Shown piece by piece: positions 1-9,372 of a DNA stretch of 61,125 nucleotides. Position numbers and translations under genes: made by a program. The notes under the pieces were generated by a model that worked only from the letters and a program-made list of their open reading frames with translations, did not search any database and was not told the origin of the DNA. Origin of the DNA: a virus (lineage: Duplodnaviria > Caudoviricetes); the IMG/VR virus record IMGVR_UViG_3300032315_001187, positions 1 through 61,125 of that record; one strand, given 5' to 3'. Every line of letters starts with the position of its first letter. Position 1 is the stretch's first letter.

Positions 1-160
1 CAGAAGCCACGGCAGCTCCGAAGCGCACCATTTCCAACCAAGGAAATAATGGCAATAGGCCCCACCAAAGGGGCCATGCCATCAAGAAAATAAGGAATCC
101 TTGAATGGGAATTGCGAGCAATAGACCTACCAGATGAGAGCCGGGGGATTTACTGCTCAT
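1..160 (-). CDS. Partial membrane protein, runs off the window
   Basis: ATG at 160 opens MSSKSPGSHLVGLLLAIPIQGFLIFLMAWPLWWGLLPLFPW..., hydrophobic, just downstream of 165..428. Confidence 0.5.
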   Translation of the reverse strand, partial: MSSKSPGSHLVGLLLAIPIQGFLIFLMAWPLWWGLLPLFPWLEMVRFGAAVAS

Positions 161-164
161 GGCT

Positions 165-428
165 TCAGAACAGATCAGTGGAGCTGCTGCCGCCGCCGAG
201 GTCGTCGTTCTGCCACACAGAAGCGTAGCCCTTAGGGCCTTCCTTGTCACCCTTGATCTTGACGGAACCAGTGAAACGAGGGGAACGATCAGAGGTCATC
301 TTGTCGTTGGGCCATACAGCCATGTCGAGGCTGTAGTTGCCGCGATCATTGGCACCAGCCTTCTTCAATGCATTGAGAAGGTCAGGGGTGAGATCAATGG
401 CGGCGGTAATAGTGGGGCGATTTGCCAC
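165..428 (-). CDS. Small putative ssDNA-binding protein (DUF736-like)
   Basis: Beta-rich 87 aa with SPRFTGSV and an SSB-like C-terminal tail (STDLF); sits in the exonuclease/annealase operon. Confidence 0.5.
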   Translation of the reverse strand: MANRPTITAAIDLTPDLLNALKKAGANDRGNYSLDMAVWPNDKMTSDRSPRFTGSVKIKGDKEGPKGYASVWQNDDLGGGSSSTDLF

Positions 429-485
429 GGTGTTGCTCCTTGAAGGATGTTGGATGCCCGTGAGGGCTCGGCCAGCATAGAGGCT

Positions 486-1250
486 CTAAGCCCCCTTGTC
501 AACTGTGATCGTGAAGGGCTTACCGCCTGGATAGAATTCTTCAAAATACCGGCGGGTCTTGTCGTTCATGATGGCCGCCTGACAGGCAAGGTCACAGCCA
601 TCCATGGAAACGATTTGTGCCTCTTCTCCCTCTCCCGTGTCCGGGTCGTAGATGGAGATGGCGCAATAAGCTTCGTTGATTTCAATGCTGTACATTTGTT
701 CAAGTGCCTGTGCGTAGGCGCCAAGTTGCATTTTGTAATCAGACAGGTAGCAGTCAAGCTTGCGCTTGTAGCTGGTTTTCCAATCGAGGAGGGCAATGTT
801 GCCATTCTTCATCGTTGCCAGCATGTCAAACGTGCCGGAATAACCAATCTGCAACTCAGAATTGAAGTAGGCGATGGCGCTCTCTACGAGCAATGGCTGG
901 TCAATGGTTTCCAGGAAGGGTTCGATGGAATGGAAGTAGGGGCGATATTTGCTCTTGGCTTCAAGATGGTGCTCAATATCCTCTCCATTCCATAGATCCT
1001 CCAGAACGCCGTGCAACCACACGCCACGATCAATGGAGCCCATGGTGCGACGATTGGCCTCTGCATCGCCCACGCGACGCCGCCAGTTGATAAGAGCCAT
1101 GATCTTGCCCACGGGTGAGCATGCCCCGGCTACAGTCGTAACAGAGGGCAGAACCAAGCCCGCAGGCACATGGTCCAAACCCTCCGGCACCTTGTAATAG
1201 CGACGATTGTCCAGTTGGATGCGGTCTGGGACAAACTGCTTGAATTTCAC
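486..1250 (-). CDS. PD-(D/E)XK exonuclease (RecB/Cas4-like phage recombination exonuclease)
   Basis: PSVTT, RGxxLH, GYSGTFD...LLDWKTS and QLxAY motifs. Confidence 0.85.
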   Translation of the reverse strand: MKFKQFVPDRIQLDNRRYYKVPEGLDHVPAGLVLPSVTTVAGACSPVGKIMALINWRRRVGDAEANRRTMGSIDRGVWLHGVLEDLWNGEDIEHHLEAKSKYRPYFHSIEPFLETIDQPLLVESAIAYFNSELQIGYSGTFDMLATMKNGNIALLDWKTSYKRKLDCYLSDYKMQLGAYAQALEQMYSIEINEAYCAISIYDPDTGEGEEAQIVSMDGCDLACQAAIMNDKTRRYFEEFYPGGKPFTITVDKGA

Positions 1251-1257
1251 GAGGGCG

Positions 1258-1392
1258 TTAGTTGTTCTTTACACAATACCCCCCAGAGCGGTAGTAGCCA
1301 AGGGGGCACGTGCCGGAATAGGTGATGGGCTCGTTACACGCCACTGCTGGCAGGGCAAATGCAAAAACAATCAAAGCAATGGTAGTTTTCAT
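1258..1392 (-). CDS. Small secreted Cys-containing peptide (44 aa)
   Basis: MKTTIALIVFAFALPAVACNEPITYSGTCPLGYYRSGGYCVKNN; ATGA overlap with the upstream gene; signal-peptide-like N-terminus. Confidence 0.6.
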   Translation of the reverse strand: MKTTIALIVFAFALPAVACNEPITYSGTCPLGYYRSGGYCVKNN

Positions 1393-1649
1393 GGTTTAAT
1401 GGAGGTTAATGGACGTTGCATGTCAACTTTGTAGTGGTCAATGATGGCGCCAGTGCCACGGTCCCAAGTAGTGCCACAGTCTGGACATTGCCAGGCATAG
1501 CCACGATCCTCACGCCAGGAAGAAAGATAGATGACTCGTGAGAACCATTCGGAGCCGCCAAAGAGATGACGGCTTTTTTCTGGAATGGGCTGGTCATGCC
1601 ATAGGCTCCCGCATTCTGGACAGTTTTTGATGTCCGAAAAGTTGGTCAC
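1389..1649 (-). CDS. Zinc-ribbon protein
   Basis: CPECG...CPDCG; GTG start at 1649 overlaps the upstream TGA. Confidence 0.75.
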   Translation of the reverse strand: MTNFSDIKNCPECGSLWHDQPIPEKSRHLFGGSEWFSRVIYLSSWREDRGYAWQCPDCGTTWDRGTGAIIDHYKVDMQRPLTSIKP

Positions 1650-1795
1650 TTTAAGACTTCCCCCCAACACACGCGATTCGCTTGCCATAGCAGAGCCCTG
1701 CATAAATGATTTTCAGCAGGGTCCGGGTCAGAAGCATATACAGAATGCGCAGATTCCCATGCACTTAACCATTGTTCCTTCGTAGGAAACCTCAT
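1646..1795 (-). CDS. Hypothetical protein (49 aa)
   Basis: MRFPTKEQWLSAWESAHS...CWGEVLK; 4-nt start/stop overlaps at both ends. Confidence 0.6.
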   Translation of the reverse strand: MRFPTKEQWLSAWESAHSVYASDPDPAENHLCRALLWQANRVCWGEVLK

Positions 1796-1905
1796 TTGAT
1801 TCTGATTGTCCATTGATAAATAAGCTCCAAAAGAAAAACAACTGGCAAAGCAATGCAGCCTAATAAAAGCAGGCCAGGGATGGTCGTAAAAAGACTAGTA
1901 ATCAC
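1792..1905 (-). CDS. Small membrane protein (37 aa)
   Basis: GTG at 1905, MITSLFTTIPGLLLLGCIALPVVFLLELIYQWTIRIK; coupled by overlaps. Confidence 0.55.
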   Translation of the reverse strand: MITSLFTTIPGLLLLGCIALPVVFLLELIYQWTIRIK

Positions 1906-1987
1906 AATGGTTCGTCAAGTGGAATGCCGTCAGAATTGGTGACAATTTGGCCCTTGAAAACAAGAGCCAAACGAGCTGCCGCCAGAT

Positions 1988-2899
1988 CTAAAGCTTTCCC
2001 GCGACGAATACTTCCACTCCTTTAATTGCTTGCTCAGTGGTGCCTTCAGCGCAGATGGAACGAAGAGTGGCAATCTCCTGGGCCATAGCTGCCTTGGTAA
2101 TCTTGATACCTTTTTCTTTGATCCATGCCGATACCATTGCAATGATTGCATTGGCGAGCATGTGAGCGTCTTTGAGGTCGTCACCTTTAGCAAGGCCAAG
2201 ACTTTCAAGAGCAGTTTTTGCTGCCACTAAACTGGTGCGTTCCTCTGCGTATTGAAGGGGGTTGGCCTTGCAGAAGGCTGTAAGGGCCTCTTTTCCATTG
2301 AAGGCAGCAGTTGCCGCTCCTCCAGTAGCAGGAACGCTTGCTGCAGCAGGCGCCTTGTCCTGTTGCGATACCGCTGTTGGTTTCTTGCTCTCCTGTTGGA
2401 GGGGGAGTTTGGGCGCAGTTTGTACGTTGCCATCGTCAGCAGTGGGAATGTCTTCGCCGGAGTAAAGCTTGAGGCCGAGGCCAGTGAAAGTAGCAATGCA
2501 CTTAACGCTTGCCCGTTGGATGTTGTCACTCACTTGACGAGCATCAAGTTCCTTAACGGCATTGTGCTTATTGTCCATGAGCGGAAAGACCAACGCAGGA
2601 GTGCGACGGCAGCCATCCGTGAGGTAGGCACGCAGAATCCAACAGCCGGTTTGGCCAAACACTGGCCATCCCATTGTGCTCTCCTCAAACGCCACAAACA
2701 ACGTAGGGAATTGCTCCTTTAGGTAGCGAAAAGCAAACGGCCAGGACAGATAGGAGAGACCTTTGTAGTTCTTTTCAACGTGCTCACCAATGGGAAGCTC
2801 GTAAGCAGTCTTGAACTGCTCAGGCGTGATCTCTAGGGGCGAGAACAGACCATTCATGCGGTCAGAAAGGGCCAGCGATGCGGGGGAAGTAAGGTCCAT
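1988..2899 (-). CDS. Single-strand annealing protein, DUF1071/Sak3 type; probable -1 frameshift extension to 1902
   Basis: YLSWPFAF, FPLMDNKHNAV, IQRASVKCIA..GLGL.LYSGED motifs; adjacent exonuclease. Confidence 0.8.
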   Translation of the reverse strand: MDLTSPASLALSDRMNGLFSPLEITPEQFKTAYELPIGEHVEKNYKGLSYLSWPFAFRYLKEQFPTLFVAFEESTMGWPVFGQTGCWILRAYLTDGCRRTPALVFPLMDNKHNAVKELDARQVSDNIQRASVKCIATFTGLGLKLYSGEDIPTADDGNVQTAPKLPLQQESKKPTAVSQQDKAPAAASVPATGGAATAAFNGKEALTAFCKANPLQYAEERTSLVAAKTALESLGLAKGDDLKDAHMLANAIIAMVSAWIKEKGIKITKAAMAQEIATLRSICAEGTTEQAIKGVEVFVAGKL

Positions 2900-2939
2900 G
2901 GGAAAAGAGAAAAGGTCGGAAAAGCAAGATTGAGTCACT

Positions 2940-3212
2940 TTACGACCCAGGGACAGAACTGTCTAAGTTCTGAATGAGGTCGTACATAATGACCACTTTG
3001 TTAGTGATTGTTTCTGCATGGTTGATGAGACTTTCACCAGGCAGCGGCCAGTCGCGAGTCACTCGCACGTCCGTAATGCCTTCAACGTGCTTCCAATCGA
3101 AGCCTTCATCCATGGCACCCTCCTCAAAACAGAGCACCACTTCCATGTCTTCATGGTCCATGATGTAGGCAGCTTGAAGGGCTTCAATCAACTGAGAGAT
3201 TTTCATAGTCAT
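2940..3212 (-). CDS. Hypothetical protein
   Basis: MTMKISQLIEALQ start typical of small phage proteins; in operon. Confidence 0.65.
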   Translation of the reverse strand: MTMKISQLIEALQAAYIMDHEDMEVVLCFEEGAMDEGFDWKHVEGITDVRVTRDWPLPGESLINHAETITNKVVIMYDLIQNLDSSVPGS

Positions 3213-3441
3213 CAAAAGAAGGTGGTAGTTCGGGCGCGGTGTAATCCACGCAAAGGGACCATGCCCCATTGGAAAGACTCGTGGAGCCCTCCCAGGCAGG
3301 AGTGCAACGGATGAGCCGCTCAAGCGCTTCGCTGCGGGACAGCTTTGCTTCTGAGGCGATGTTGTCTAAGTGGTCAACGGCATCTTGCGTGAGCGTGAAG
3401 TGCCTCTTGACCTTGGGGCTGTCGTAACTGGATTTCGGCAT
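3184..3441 (-). CDS. Ribbon-helix-helix (CopG-like) DNA-binding protein
   Basis: KRHFTLTQDAVDHLDNIASEAKLSRSEALERLI fits the RHH pattern; divergent from the primase. Confidence 0.75.
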   Translation of the reverse strand: MPKSSYDSPKVKRHFTLTQDAVDHLDNIASEAKLSRSEALERLIRCTPAWEGSTSLSNGAWSLCVDYTAPELPPSFDDYENLSVD

Positions 3442-3588
3442 GCAGTGGCGCCGTGGTTCCTCCCCACAATACCCGCAGGAACCATTCCGACAAGCCTTTG
3501 AGCGATAAGAATGCCTTATGGCCACTGGGATTGCAGGAAAACGGCTTGGATGCCATGATGCTAGGTGGCAAACCATATTTTCCTTTTC

Positions 3589-5544
3589 ATGACGTTCTCA
3601 ATCCTGGACTTCCTAGACCAGTTGGAGCCCAGTAAGGAGTCAGGCAAATTCATGTGTCCCGCATGTGGGAACAATGATTTCTCCGTCAACAAGAAAAATG
3701 GTGCCTACACCTGTTGGCATGACGACTCCCCTGCCCACCGCGCAGAGATCAGGGATGTGCTGGCTCCGATGGTGCGATGGGAAAAGCCGCCGAGGGATCC
3801 CGGCAACTACACCTTCTCCTACAGGAACCAAACCGGCTTAGAAGTGGTGAAGGTTCACCGCGACGACACCTCTGGCAACAAGCGCATCTGGCAGGAATTT
3901 CCCACCATCGACCCCACCGCTACGGGGCAGAAGACGCAACTGCAGGAGGTGAAGGCGACCATCCTTCCCTTCATGTATGAGGAGGCTATTGCTGAGAGCG
4001 CTGCCACTGGTCTTCCCATTGTCGTGGTAGAAGGCGAACTCACCTGCCAAGCCGTTTGGTCCATCGGCCTGCCTTCCGTCACCTTCCTGGGTGGCAGCAA
4101 GCAGTACCGCACCAATGGTGACTACGCCAGCCTCTTCAAGAATCAAAAGCTAGTCCTGGCCCCCGACAGGGATGAGCAGGGCGTTGCCTTCATGAAGGAA
4201 GTGGAGGCTGACAATCCTGGAGCGCAATGGCTCTATGCGGATCCACGCTCTTGGGAATGGCAGAACCTGCCCAGTGGGAATGGCCTTGACCTGGCCGACT
4301 ACATTGCTGAGGGCGTCACTAAGGACGATTTGCTTTCCTCCATCGTTTCCAAAGGTAAGCATGCTGGTAAAGACGGCAAGCCCGCATACGAGGAAATCAT
4401 TTCAACAGTGGAAGGTTTTGTTGGCCTCTATGCCAATGATGCTCGTATCACCTACGAAACTGCTAACTGGCTGGAAATGCGTGGCGTGAAGATGAGCCAG
4501 GCCAATGTTGACAAGATTATTGACGAAGCCAAGAGTCGCATTTATGGCAAAGAGGAAATTGAAACCATTGACGCCCTCACCATTGCCAACACCGAACAAT
4601 GCCGCGAATGGTTGATTGCTGGCATCATGCCCCTCGGAAGCGTGATGCTACTGGCTGCATCAGGCGGTACTGGCAAAAGCACCATCGTCTACAACTGGGC
4701 ACTCAATATCGCCCTTGGCCAACCATGGAGCGGAAGGCGCTGCTACAAAGGCAAGAGCCTGATCATTCAAAGTGATGAACCATTGGTGGACACCAGCGAA
4801 AAACTTGGCGTGATTGGCTTCAAGGAAGCTGGCCTGGAAGCTGGCACCATTGCCTTCTGGGAGAACTGGCGCTTTGGCCACATGAAGCAGCTTGAAGACT
4901 ACGTAAGGAAACATCGCCCAGCCTTTGTTGCCATTGACTCCCTCACTGCCTGTCTCGCTGGCATGGACGTGGACTTAGTGAAGAGTAATGCGGGTGACGT
5001 GATTTACGGCCTCCGGGACATTGCTAATCAATACAAATGCAGCATTATCATTCTCCACCACTTAAACAAGAGCGGCGGTCTGAGGGACTCAACAAGTTTT
5101 GTTGATAACGTGAGTGAAGTGGTTAAGCTCACTCGTGCTGAGAACAATGGCGATCCCAATCAATTTGTTCTGGAATGGTTGAAGAGCAGAAGCGGCCTCA
5201 CCGGCAAGCATAATCTGCAACGCGACACGCTGTCCTACGGCTGGCGTTATGCAGGCCCTCAAGGTGGTTCCCTGGAAGAGCTTGACCAAGTGGTGAATAC
5301 TGTCAACATGCGCAAGACTGAACGTTTCACCAAGCAACAAGTGGCGTCCATGTCTGGCACCTGGGATAACTCATCCACGGGCAAGATGCTGGAAGTTGCA
5401 CGTCGGCAAGGCTTAATCACTAGCAGCTTCGAGTTTGGTCCCAATGGGGAACGCAAGCGTCTCTATCATTCCTGGGACTACAAAGAACCAGACACTGATT
5501 TTGTGGAGGCGCCTGAAACTGTTGCCGCTCACGATTTCTTCTAA
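3589..5544 (+). CDS. Primase-helicase (Zn finger, TOPRIM, RecA-like AAA_25 ATPase)
   Basis: CPAC; VVEGE...APDRDEQG TOPRIM; Walker A ASGGTGKST, Walker B VAIDS, HHLNK. Confidence 0.9.
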   Translation: MTFSILDFLDQLEPSKESGKFMCPACGNNDFSVNKKNGAYTCWHDDSPAHRAEIRDVLAPMVRWEKPPRDPGNYTFSYRNQTGLEVVKVHRDDTSGNKRIWQEFPTIDPTATGQKTQLQEVKATILPFMYEEAIAESAATGLPIVVVEGELTCQAVWSIGLPSVTFLGGSKQYRTNGDYASLFKNQKLVLAPDRDEQGVAFMKEVEADNPGAQWLYADPRSWEWQNLPSGNGLDLADYIAEGVTKDDLLSSIVSKGKHAGKDGKPAYEEIISTVEGFVGLYANDARITYETANWLEMRGVKMSQANVDKIIDEAKSRIYGKEEIETIDALTIANTEQCREWLIAGIMPLGSVMLLAASGGTGKSTIVYNWALNIALGQPWSGRRCYKGKSLIIQSDEPLVDTSEKLGVIGFKEAGLEAGTIAFWENWRFGHMKQLEDYVRKHRPAFVAIDSLTACLAGMDVDLVKSNAGDVIYGLRDIANQYKCSIIILHHLNKSGGLRDSTSFVDNVSEVVKLTRAENNGDPNQFVLEWLKSRSGLTGKHNLQRDTLSYGWRYAGPQGGSLEELDQVVNTVNMRKTERFTKQQVASMSGTWDNSSTGKMLEVARRQGLITSSFEFGPNGERKRLYHSWDYKEPDTDFVEAPETVAAHDFF

Positions 5545-5569
5545 ACTGTAGACAGTTGCTACAACTGTC

Positions 5570-5731
5570 ATGATCATCTGGGACAAAAACTTTATCAAAC
5601 CTGCAGTTACGAAGGAGGAGCCCGTTGAGGCTCCTTTTTCTATGGAAGAAAATACTGAAACGGTAGTCATTGAAATTGAAGACAAGCCTGAGCAAGGCTG
5701 GGCTGGTAAAGGGTTTGGCTGGTCCTTATAG
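5570..5731 (+). CDS. Small acidic protein (53 aa) ending in a KGFG motif
   Basis: MIIWDKNFIKP...EQGWAGKGFGWSL, read by hand; below the ORF track cutoff. Confidence 0.55.
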   Translation: MIIWDKNFIKPAVTKEEPVEAPFSMEENTETVVIEIEDKPEQGWAGKGFGWSL

Positions 5732-5927
5732 GACAATTTGCCAACTGGCACATTTGAGCTTGGAGGGGGTGTGTAGACTCGTCCCGTTCTTCTCCATCGT
5801 TCCGCTCCTGGGCATCCTTCGCCAGAGCGCCGTGCGAGAGGGTAGGCCCCCAAGGCCGTCATTCGATTGGCGCTCTTTACAATTCCCCCCTTCTTCTCTA
5901 TATTGGCTACGACATCAACGTCGTCCA

Positions 5928-6167
5928 ATGCCTACCGCTCCACTACCTCCCGACTGGCTTCCTTCCGCCTCCCACAATGGAACGCTCGTGGAGGTGCTGC
6001 AACACCATGGCTATTCCACGCCAGATCGTGGGCCAAGGCCATCGTCGCGAATCATGTATGGCGCTCGTGACAAGAAGGGTGAACGCCATTGGCGATCATC
6101 TCTGCACGAGATTACAAGCTTGATTGATCATGGCTTCAAAACCAACGCTGTTGCTTCTGGAATTTGA
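5928..6167 (+). CDS. Hypothetical protein
   Basis: ATG 5928 (MPTAPLPPDW...), overlaps the next gene. Confidence 0.6.
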   Translation: MPTAPLPPDWLPSASHNGTLVEVLQHHGYSTPDRGPRPSSRIMYGARDKKGERHWRSSLHEITSLIDHGFKTNAVASGI

Positions 6168-6478
6168 CAATGGACGAAATTAACGAACTAATTGAAAAGC
6201 TTGCCGTAATTAAGGCAGCACAGAAAGTCTATGCAGAAAAGGAAACTTTCTACAAAGATTTGCTGCTGAAATTCCTTAAAGAGTCAGGGTTAGAAAAAGA
6301 AGAGAGCGATCATGGTTCCGTACGTATTCAACGTCGCTCTGAAAAGGACTATGGGGAAGCCGTAAGGGCACAAGAGGCCAGCGTTAAGGAGTTGAAAAAA
6401 CTTAAGGATGACATTGGTGACTTTACAGTTGTTAGCGTTAAAGAAAGCCTTGTGTTCAATTTGCCTGGCAAATCATGA
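6164..6478 (+). CDS. Hypothetical coiled-coil protein
   Basis: Charged helical 104 aa ORF in operon. Confidence 0.7.
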   Translation: MTMDEINELIEKLAVIKAAQKVYAEKETFYKDLLLKFLKESGLEKEESDHGSVRIQRRSEKDYGEAVRAQEASVKELKKLKDDIGDFTVVSVKESLVFNLPGKS

Positions 6479-6537
6479 CCACGTTCCTTATTTGGTTTGC
6501 CATTGGTTTCATGGTTGCTTTCATCTTCACTGAATAA
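6475..6537 (+). CDS. Putative 20-aa membrane peptide
   Basis: ATGA overlap; MTTFLIWFAIGFMVAFIFTE. Confidence 0.4.
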   Translation: MTTFLIWFAIGFMVAFIFTE

Positions 6538-6542
6538 TTATC

Positions 6543-7235
6543 ATGCCTAGTCCCGATATTAATTTTCTCTCAGAAGAAGCCGAGCTTAAATATGGAGTGA
6601 AAACTCTGCTGGAAGCTGGTTTCACTGCGAAACAAATTGATCGTATTAGGCATGAAATTGGTGTGGGCGTTGATAAAACGCCCTACAGCAAGGAGCTAAC
6701 TGGGCAACGTCGTCACATGACGAGCGAATTGCTAGCGGCCAACATGAGCAACAGTCAAATTGCTCGCGTCTTGAAACTGAGCAAGGAAACTGTCAATGCC
6801 GATAGAAAGCACATTAGGCAGCTCTACACCGAGGAAATCCTTAAAAGTGCTGACGTCCATCGTGCCCGTCTCCTCAAGGAACAAATGGACCTCAAGGATG
6901 TGGCAATGAAGAGTTTTGAGGGCAGCAAAAAGAAACGCACCATCACCACTAGTGACAATGGCGAAGAAAATAGTAGTTCGATGATCAAGATTGAAGAAAG
7001 CGCTGGCGATGCCAGCTTTTTAAACGTGGCCAAGAACTGTCTGGTTGAACAAGCTAAGCTCTTGGGCCTCAATGAACTGCGACCACAGCAGGAAGAAAAG
7101 AAAGACTACAAGAGTTTCCTGGATGACCTGGCAAAGACTGTGGGCGACATTAAAGAACGTGAAGCTAATTCCACTGCCATTGATGCCACTGTTGCAGACG
7201 ATGACGCTTCTACTGCCATCGTTTCATTATCTTGA
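6543..7235 (+). CDS. HTH protein, candidate terminase small subunit
   Basis: HTH (SNSQIARVLKLSKETVNAD) and a GDASFL...AKLLGL segment like phage TerS proteins. Confidence 0.55.
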   Translation: MPSPDINFLSEEAELKYGVKTLLEAGFTAKQIDRIRHEIGVGVDKTPYSKELTGQRRHMTSELLAANMSNSQIARVLKLSKETVNADRKHIRQLYTEEILKSADVHRARLLKEQMDLKDVAMKSFEGSKKKRTITTSDNGEENSSSMIKIEESAGDASFLNVAKNCLVEQAKLLGLNELRPQQEEKKDYKSFLDDLAKTVGDIKEREANSTAIDATVADDDASTAIVSLS

Positions 7236-7283
7236 CAAATCCATAGCAAACCAGTCAGACTGAACGCATTCTCACCTTCCTCC

Positions 7284-7739
7284 ATGGAATTTAGCTCTGT
7301 TGACGACTTTCTTCGTAAAGCCACCAATGCGAAGAAAAGCGAAAAAGACTTGATTGATGAGGAACTTCATGGAATGCTGTCCGATCCAGGCATTGTTGGC
7401 ATCCCCCCGGAACTGGCTAAAACGCTTGAAGGGCTTTATGAAGACTATGGGGACGAGGCTCTCCGGCAAGTGGGAATGTTTGCTCTTGGTAAGTGGATGA
7501 GTCTCCATAGCGAAACCATTCAAAGTCACATTGAGAATGGCGGCTGGCAGGAATCGTTGCTAGTGATGGCCGACACCAGCAAGCTCAGCGCTGCTATGCG
7601 CATGGTGGAGGAGATTGGCAGTTTTAGCGGCACTGAGCAATGGACAAAAATGCTGAGGGAAGTGGTCGGGCAAGCCGTAATGGAAAACTGCGAAGATCAA
7701 GGTATTGACATCTTTTCATTCTTCAAGAACAATGATTGA
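7284..7739 (+). CDS. Hypothetical protein
   Basis: 151 aa ORF, coding-like composition. Confidence 0.7.
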   Translation: MEFSSVDDFLRKATNAKKSEKDLIDEELHGMLSDPGIVGIPPELAKTLEGLYEDYGDEALRQVGMFALGKWMSLHSETIQSHIENGGWQESLLVMADTSKLSAAMRMVEEIGSFSGTEQWTKMLREVVGQAVMENCEDQGIDIFSFFKNND

Positions 7740-7902
7740 AGGCAATATGTTTGATGTGTTTGCCGTTCAATTTTCTGACGGACGCGAAGTTTCCCTGATT
7801 GCTAAAGATGCAGACACTGCTCGGGCTTTAGCTCAATACTCACACCCTCAAAAGCAAATTATTAAGGTTTGGGAAATCACCTATTACGATCATGACAAAT
7901 AA
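7732..7902 (+). CDS. Hypothetical protein
   Basis: ATG 7732, overlapping neighbours. Confidence 0.55.
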   Translation: MIEGNMFDVFAVQFSDGREVSLIAKDADTARALAQYSHPQKQIIKVWEITYYDHDK

Positions 7903-8293
7903 GCTTCCCCCCATTGTTAATCTCTGCATCCCACCAGCATTGTTGGCTGATGCGGAGGCAATTGCCGCCGAACATCCTCCAGTGCATCCCGCATGGTGCA
8001 AACTGCAGCGTCGTGGCAAGCATTTCGTCATTCGCACGAATGATTTAGAGGACATCACGGAAGTGGCTGACTGGGCCCGGTCAGCTTTAGTAGAACCGGC
8101 TAGCCCTTTAACAAAGACCAAAAGGCAAGCCTTCCAGGCCGTCCTAGACAGGGCTCATCGCTATGCCGAGATGGTGCCACTTGGCTTTTCCCATTGCATT
8201 GCCGTGAAGTGGCGTGACAAGCCATTATCAGGCGGCAGTTTTGTGCGTAGTGATGGCAGCCTCAAAAGCGAGGCTAAAGATAAGAAACACTAA
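7892..8293 (+). CDS. Hypothetical protein
   Basis: 133 aa, TAATG coupling to the next gene. Confidence 0.7.
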   Translation: MTNKLPPIVNLCIPPALLADAEAIAAEHPPVHPAWCKLQRRGKHFVIRTNDLEDITEVADWARSALVEPASPLTKTKRQAFQAVLDRAHRYAEMVPLGFSHCIAVKWRDKPLSGGSFVRSDGSLKSEAKDKKH

Positions 8294-8691
8294 TGGCTAA
8301 CAGGCTTGACACTGCCCATCGTCTCGTTCATTGTGGGCCAGTACCAAACAGACCAGCGATGGTCCCTCTCATGGCTCTCTTCCTAGAAAGCATTCCCAAC
8401 ACCACTAGCGTCTTCACTGACAATGGCGCAATGGTAATGAACCTTGACCAGCCCGTAGTATCCTGGCACTTTCACATTAAAGAGCTTGAGGAGTGGCTCA
8501 CCACTCTTGAGGAGGCAATGGCAAAAGAAACCAATGCTGGCAATCGTCGTTCTTTTGAGGGCATGTATTTCTCAATGAAGACTGCTTATCGCAAGCATCT
8601 TGACCAGCATGAGGAAGTGCAGAGTCAGGCTCCCACTGCTGACGACCTCCAGGCTTATCTTTCTGCTTACGCTGCTGCCATTGCATCATGA
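8293..8691 (+). CDS. Hypothetical protein
   Basis: 132 aa, coupled at both ends. Confidence 0.7.
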   Translation: MANRLDTAHRLVHCGPVPNRPAMVPLMALFLESIPNTTSVFTDNGAMVMNLDQPVVSWHFHIKELEEWLTTLEEAMAKETNAGNRRSFEGMYFSMKTAYRKHLDQHEEVQSQAPTADDLQAYLSAYAAAIAS

Positions 8692-9035
8692 CTAATTCTT
8701 TCCCAATCCCCTCCCTACCGCCTGAGCTGGTGCAGCAGTGGCGCCATAGTTGGCTTCCCAGTCATGGTGAGTTTGTTGAATACGTTGCCACCCAAGCCGC
8801 CCAATGGGGCGCCGACCAGGAGCTTTTGGCTTGTGGCAACTACCTCAAACAGTGCGCTGCATGGGAAGAAGAGGATGTGACTGAGTTCTATAACTATCGC
8901 CGCCCGAGGCCACTGGGTTTGAAGGAACTGGCCTTGGAAAGTGTAAAACGATTTGAGAAAAGCGGTGAGTTTTTCTCGGACCAAATGCGTGAACTTGAGC
9001 TTATTCGTAAAGCACTGGAGACCATCAATGACTAA
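8688..9035 (+). CDS. Hypothetical protein, GADQEL paralog family
   Basis: PPELVQQW...AAQWGADQEL...RRPRP..LKELAL. Confidence 0.75.
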   Translation: MTNSFPIPSLPPELVQQWRHSWLPSHGEFVEYVATQAAQWGADQELLACGNYLKQCAAWEEEDVTEFYNYRRPRPLGLKELALESVKRFEKSGEFFSDQMRELELIRKALETIND

Positions 9036-9372
9036 CCAACATCCAATCACCCCACCGCCTGAACTTGTGGAGCAGTGGTTTTCTATTTGGGAGGCCAGCG
9101 ATCAAGAAGAGGTATCTTTTGCGGAGTTTGCTGTTTCTTGTGCCGTTCAATATGGCGCCGACCAGGAGCTGGAGGCGATATGCGCGTGGCTTTGTGAAAT
9201 GCCTGGCGGTTCGGTTATGGCAGAAGAAATCCGCGCCGCCCGCCGCCCCAAGCCGCCGACGCTGAAGGAGCAGGCGCTTACAGCACTGCGACAAGTTGGC
9301 AACTGTGAAGAAATTAACAACGCTACTTTTGAAACCATTCGCACAGCTCTGGAGGCATTGCCCAATGACTGA
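9028..9372 (+). CDS. Hypothetical protein, GADQEL paralog family
   Basis: PPPELVEQW...VQYGADQEL...RRPKPPTLKEQAL. Confidence 0.75.
   Translation: MTNQHPITPPPELVEQWFSIWEASDQEEVSFAEFAVSCAVQYGADQELEAICAWLCEMPGGSVMAEEIRAARRPKPPTLKEQALTALRQVGNCEEINNATFETIRTALEALPND

Noticed and set aside
486-1250. cas4 of a CRISPR system
   Set aside because: Lacks the four Fe-S cysteines and sits with an annealase; an ordinary recombination exonuclease.
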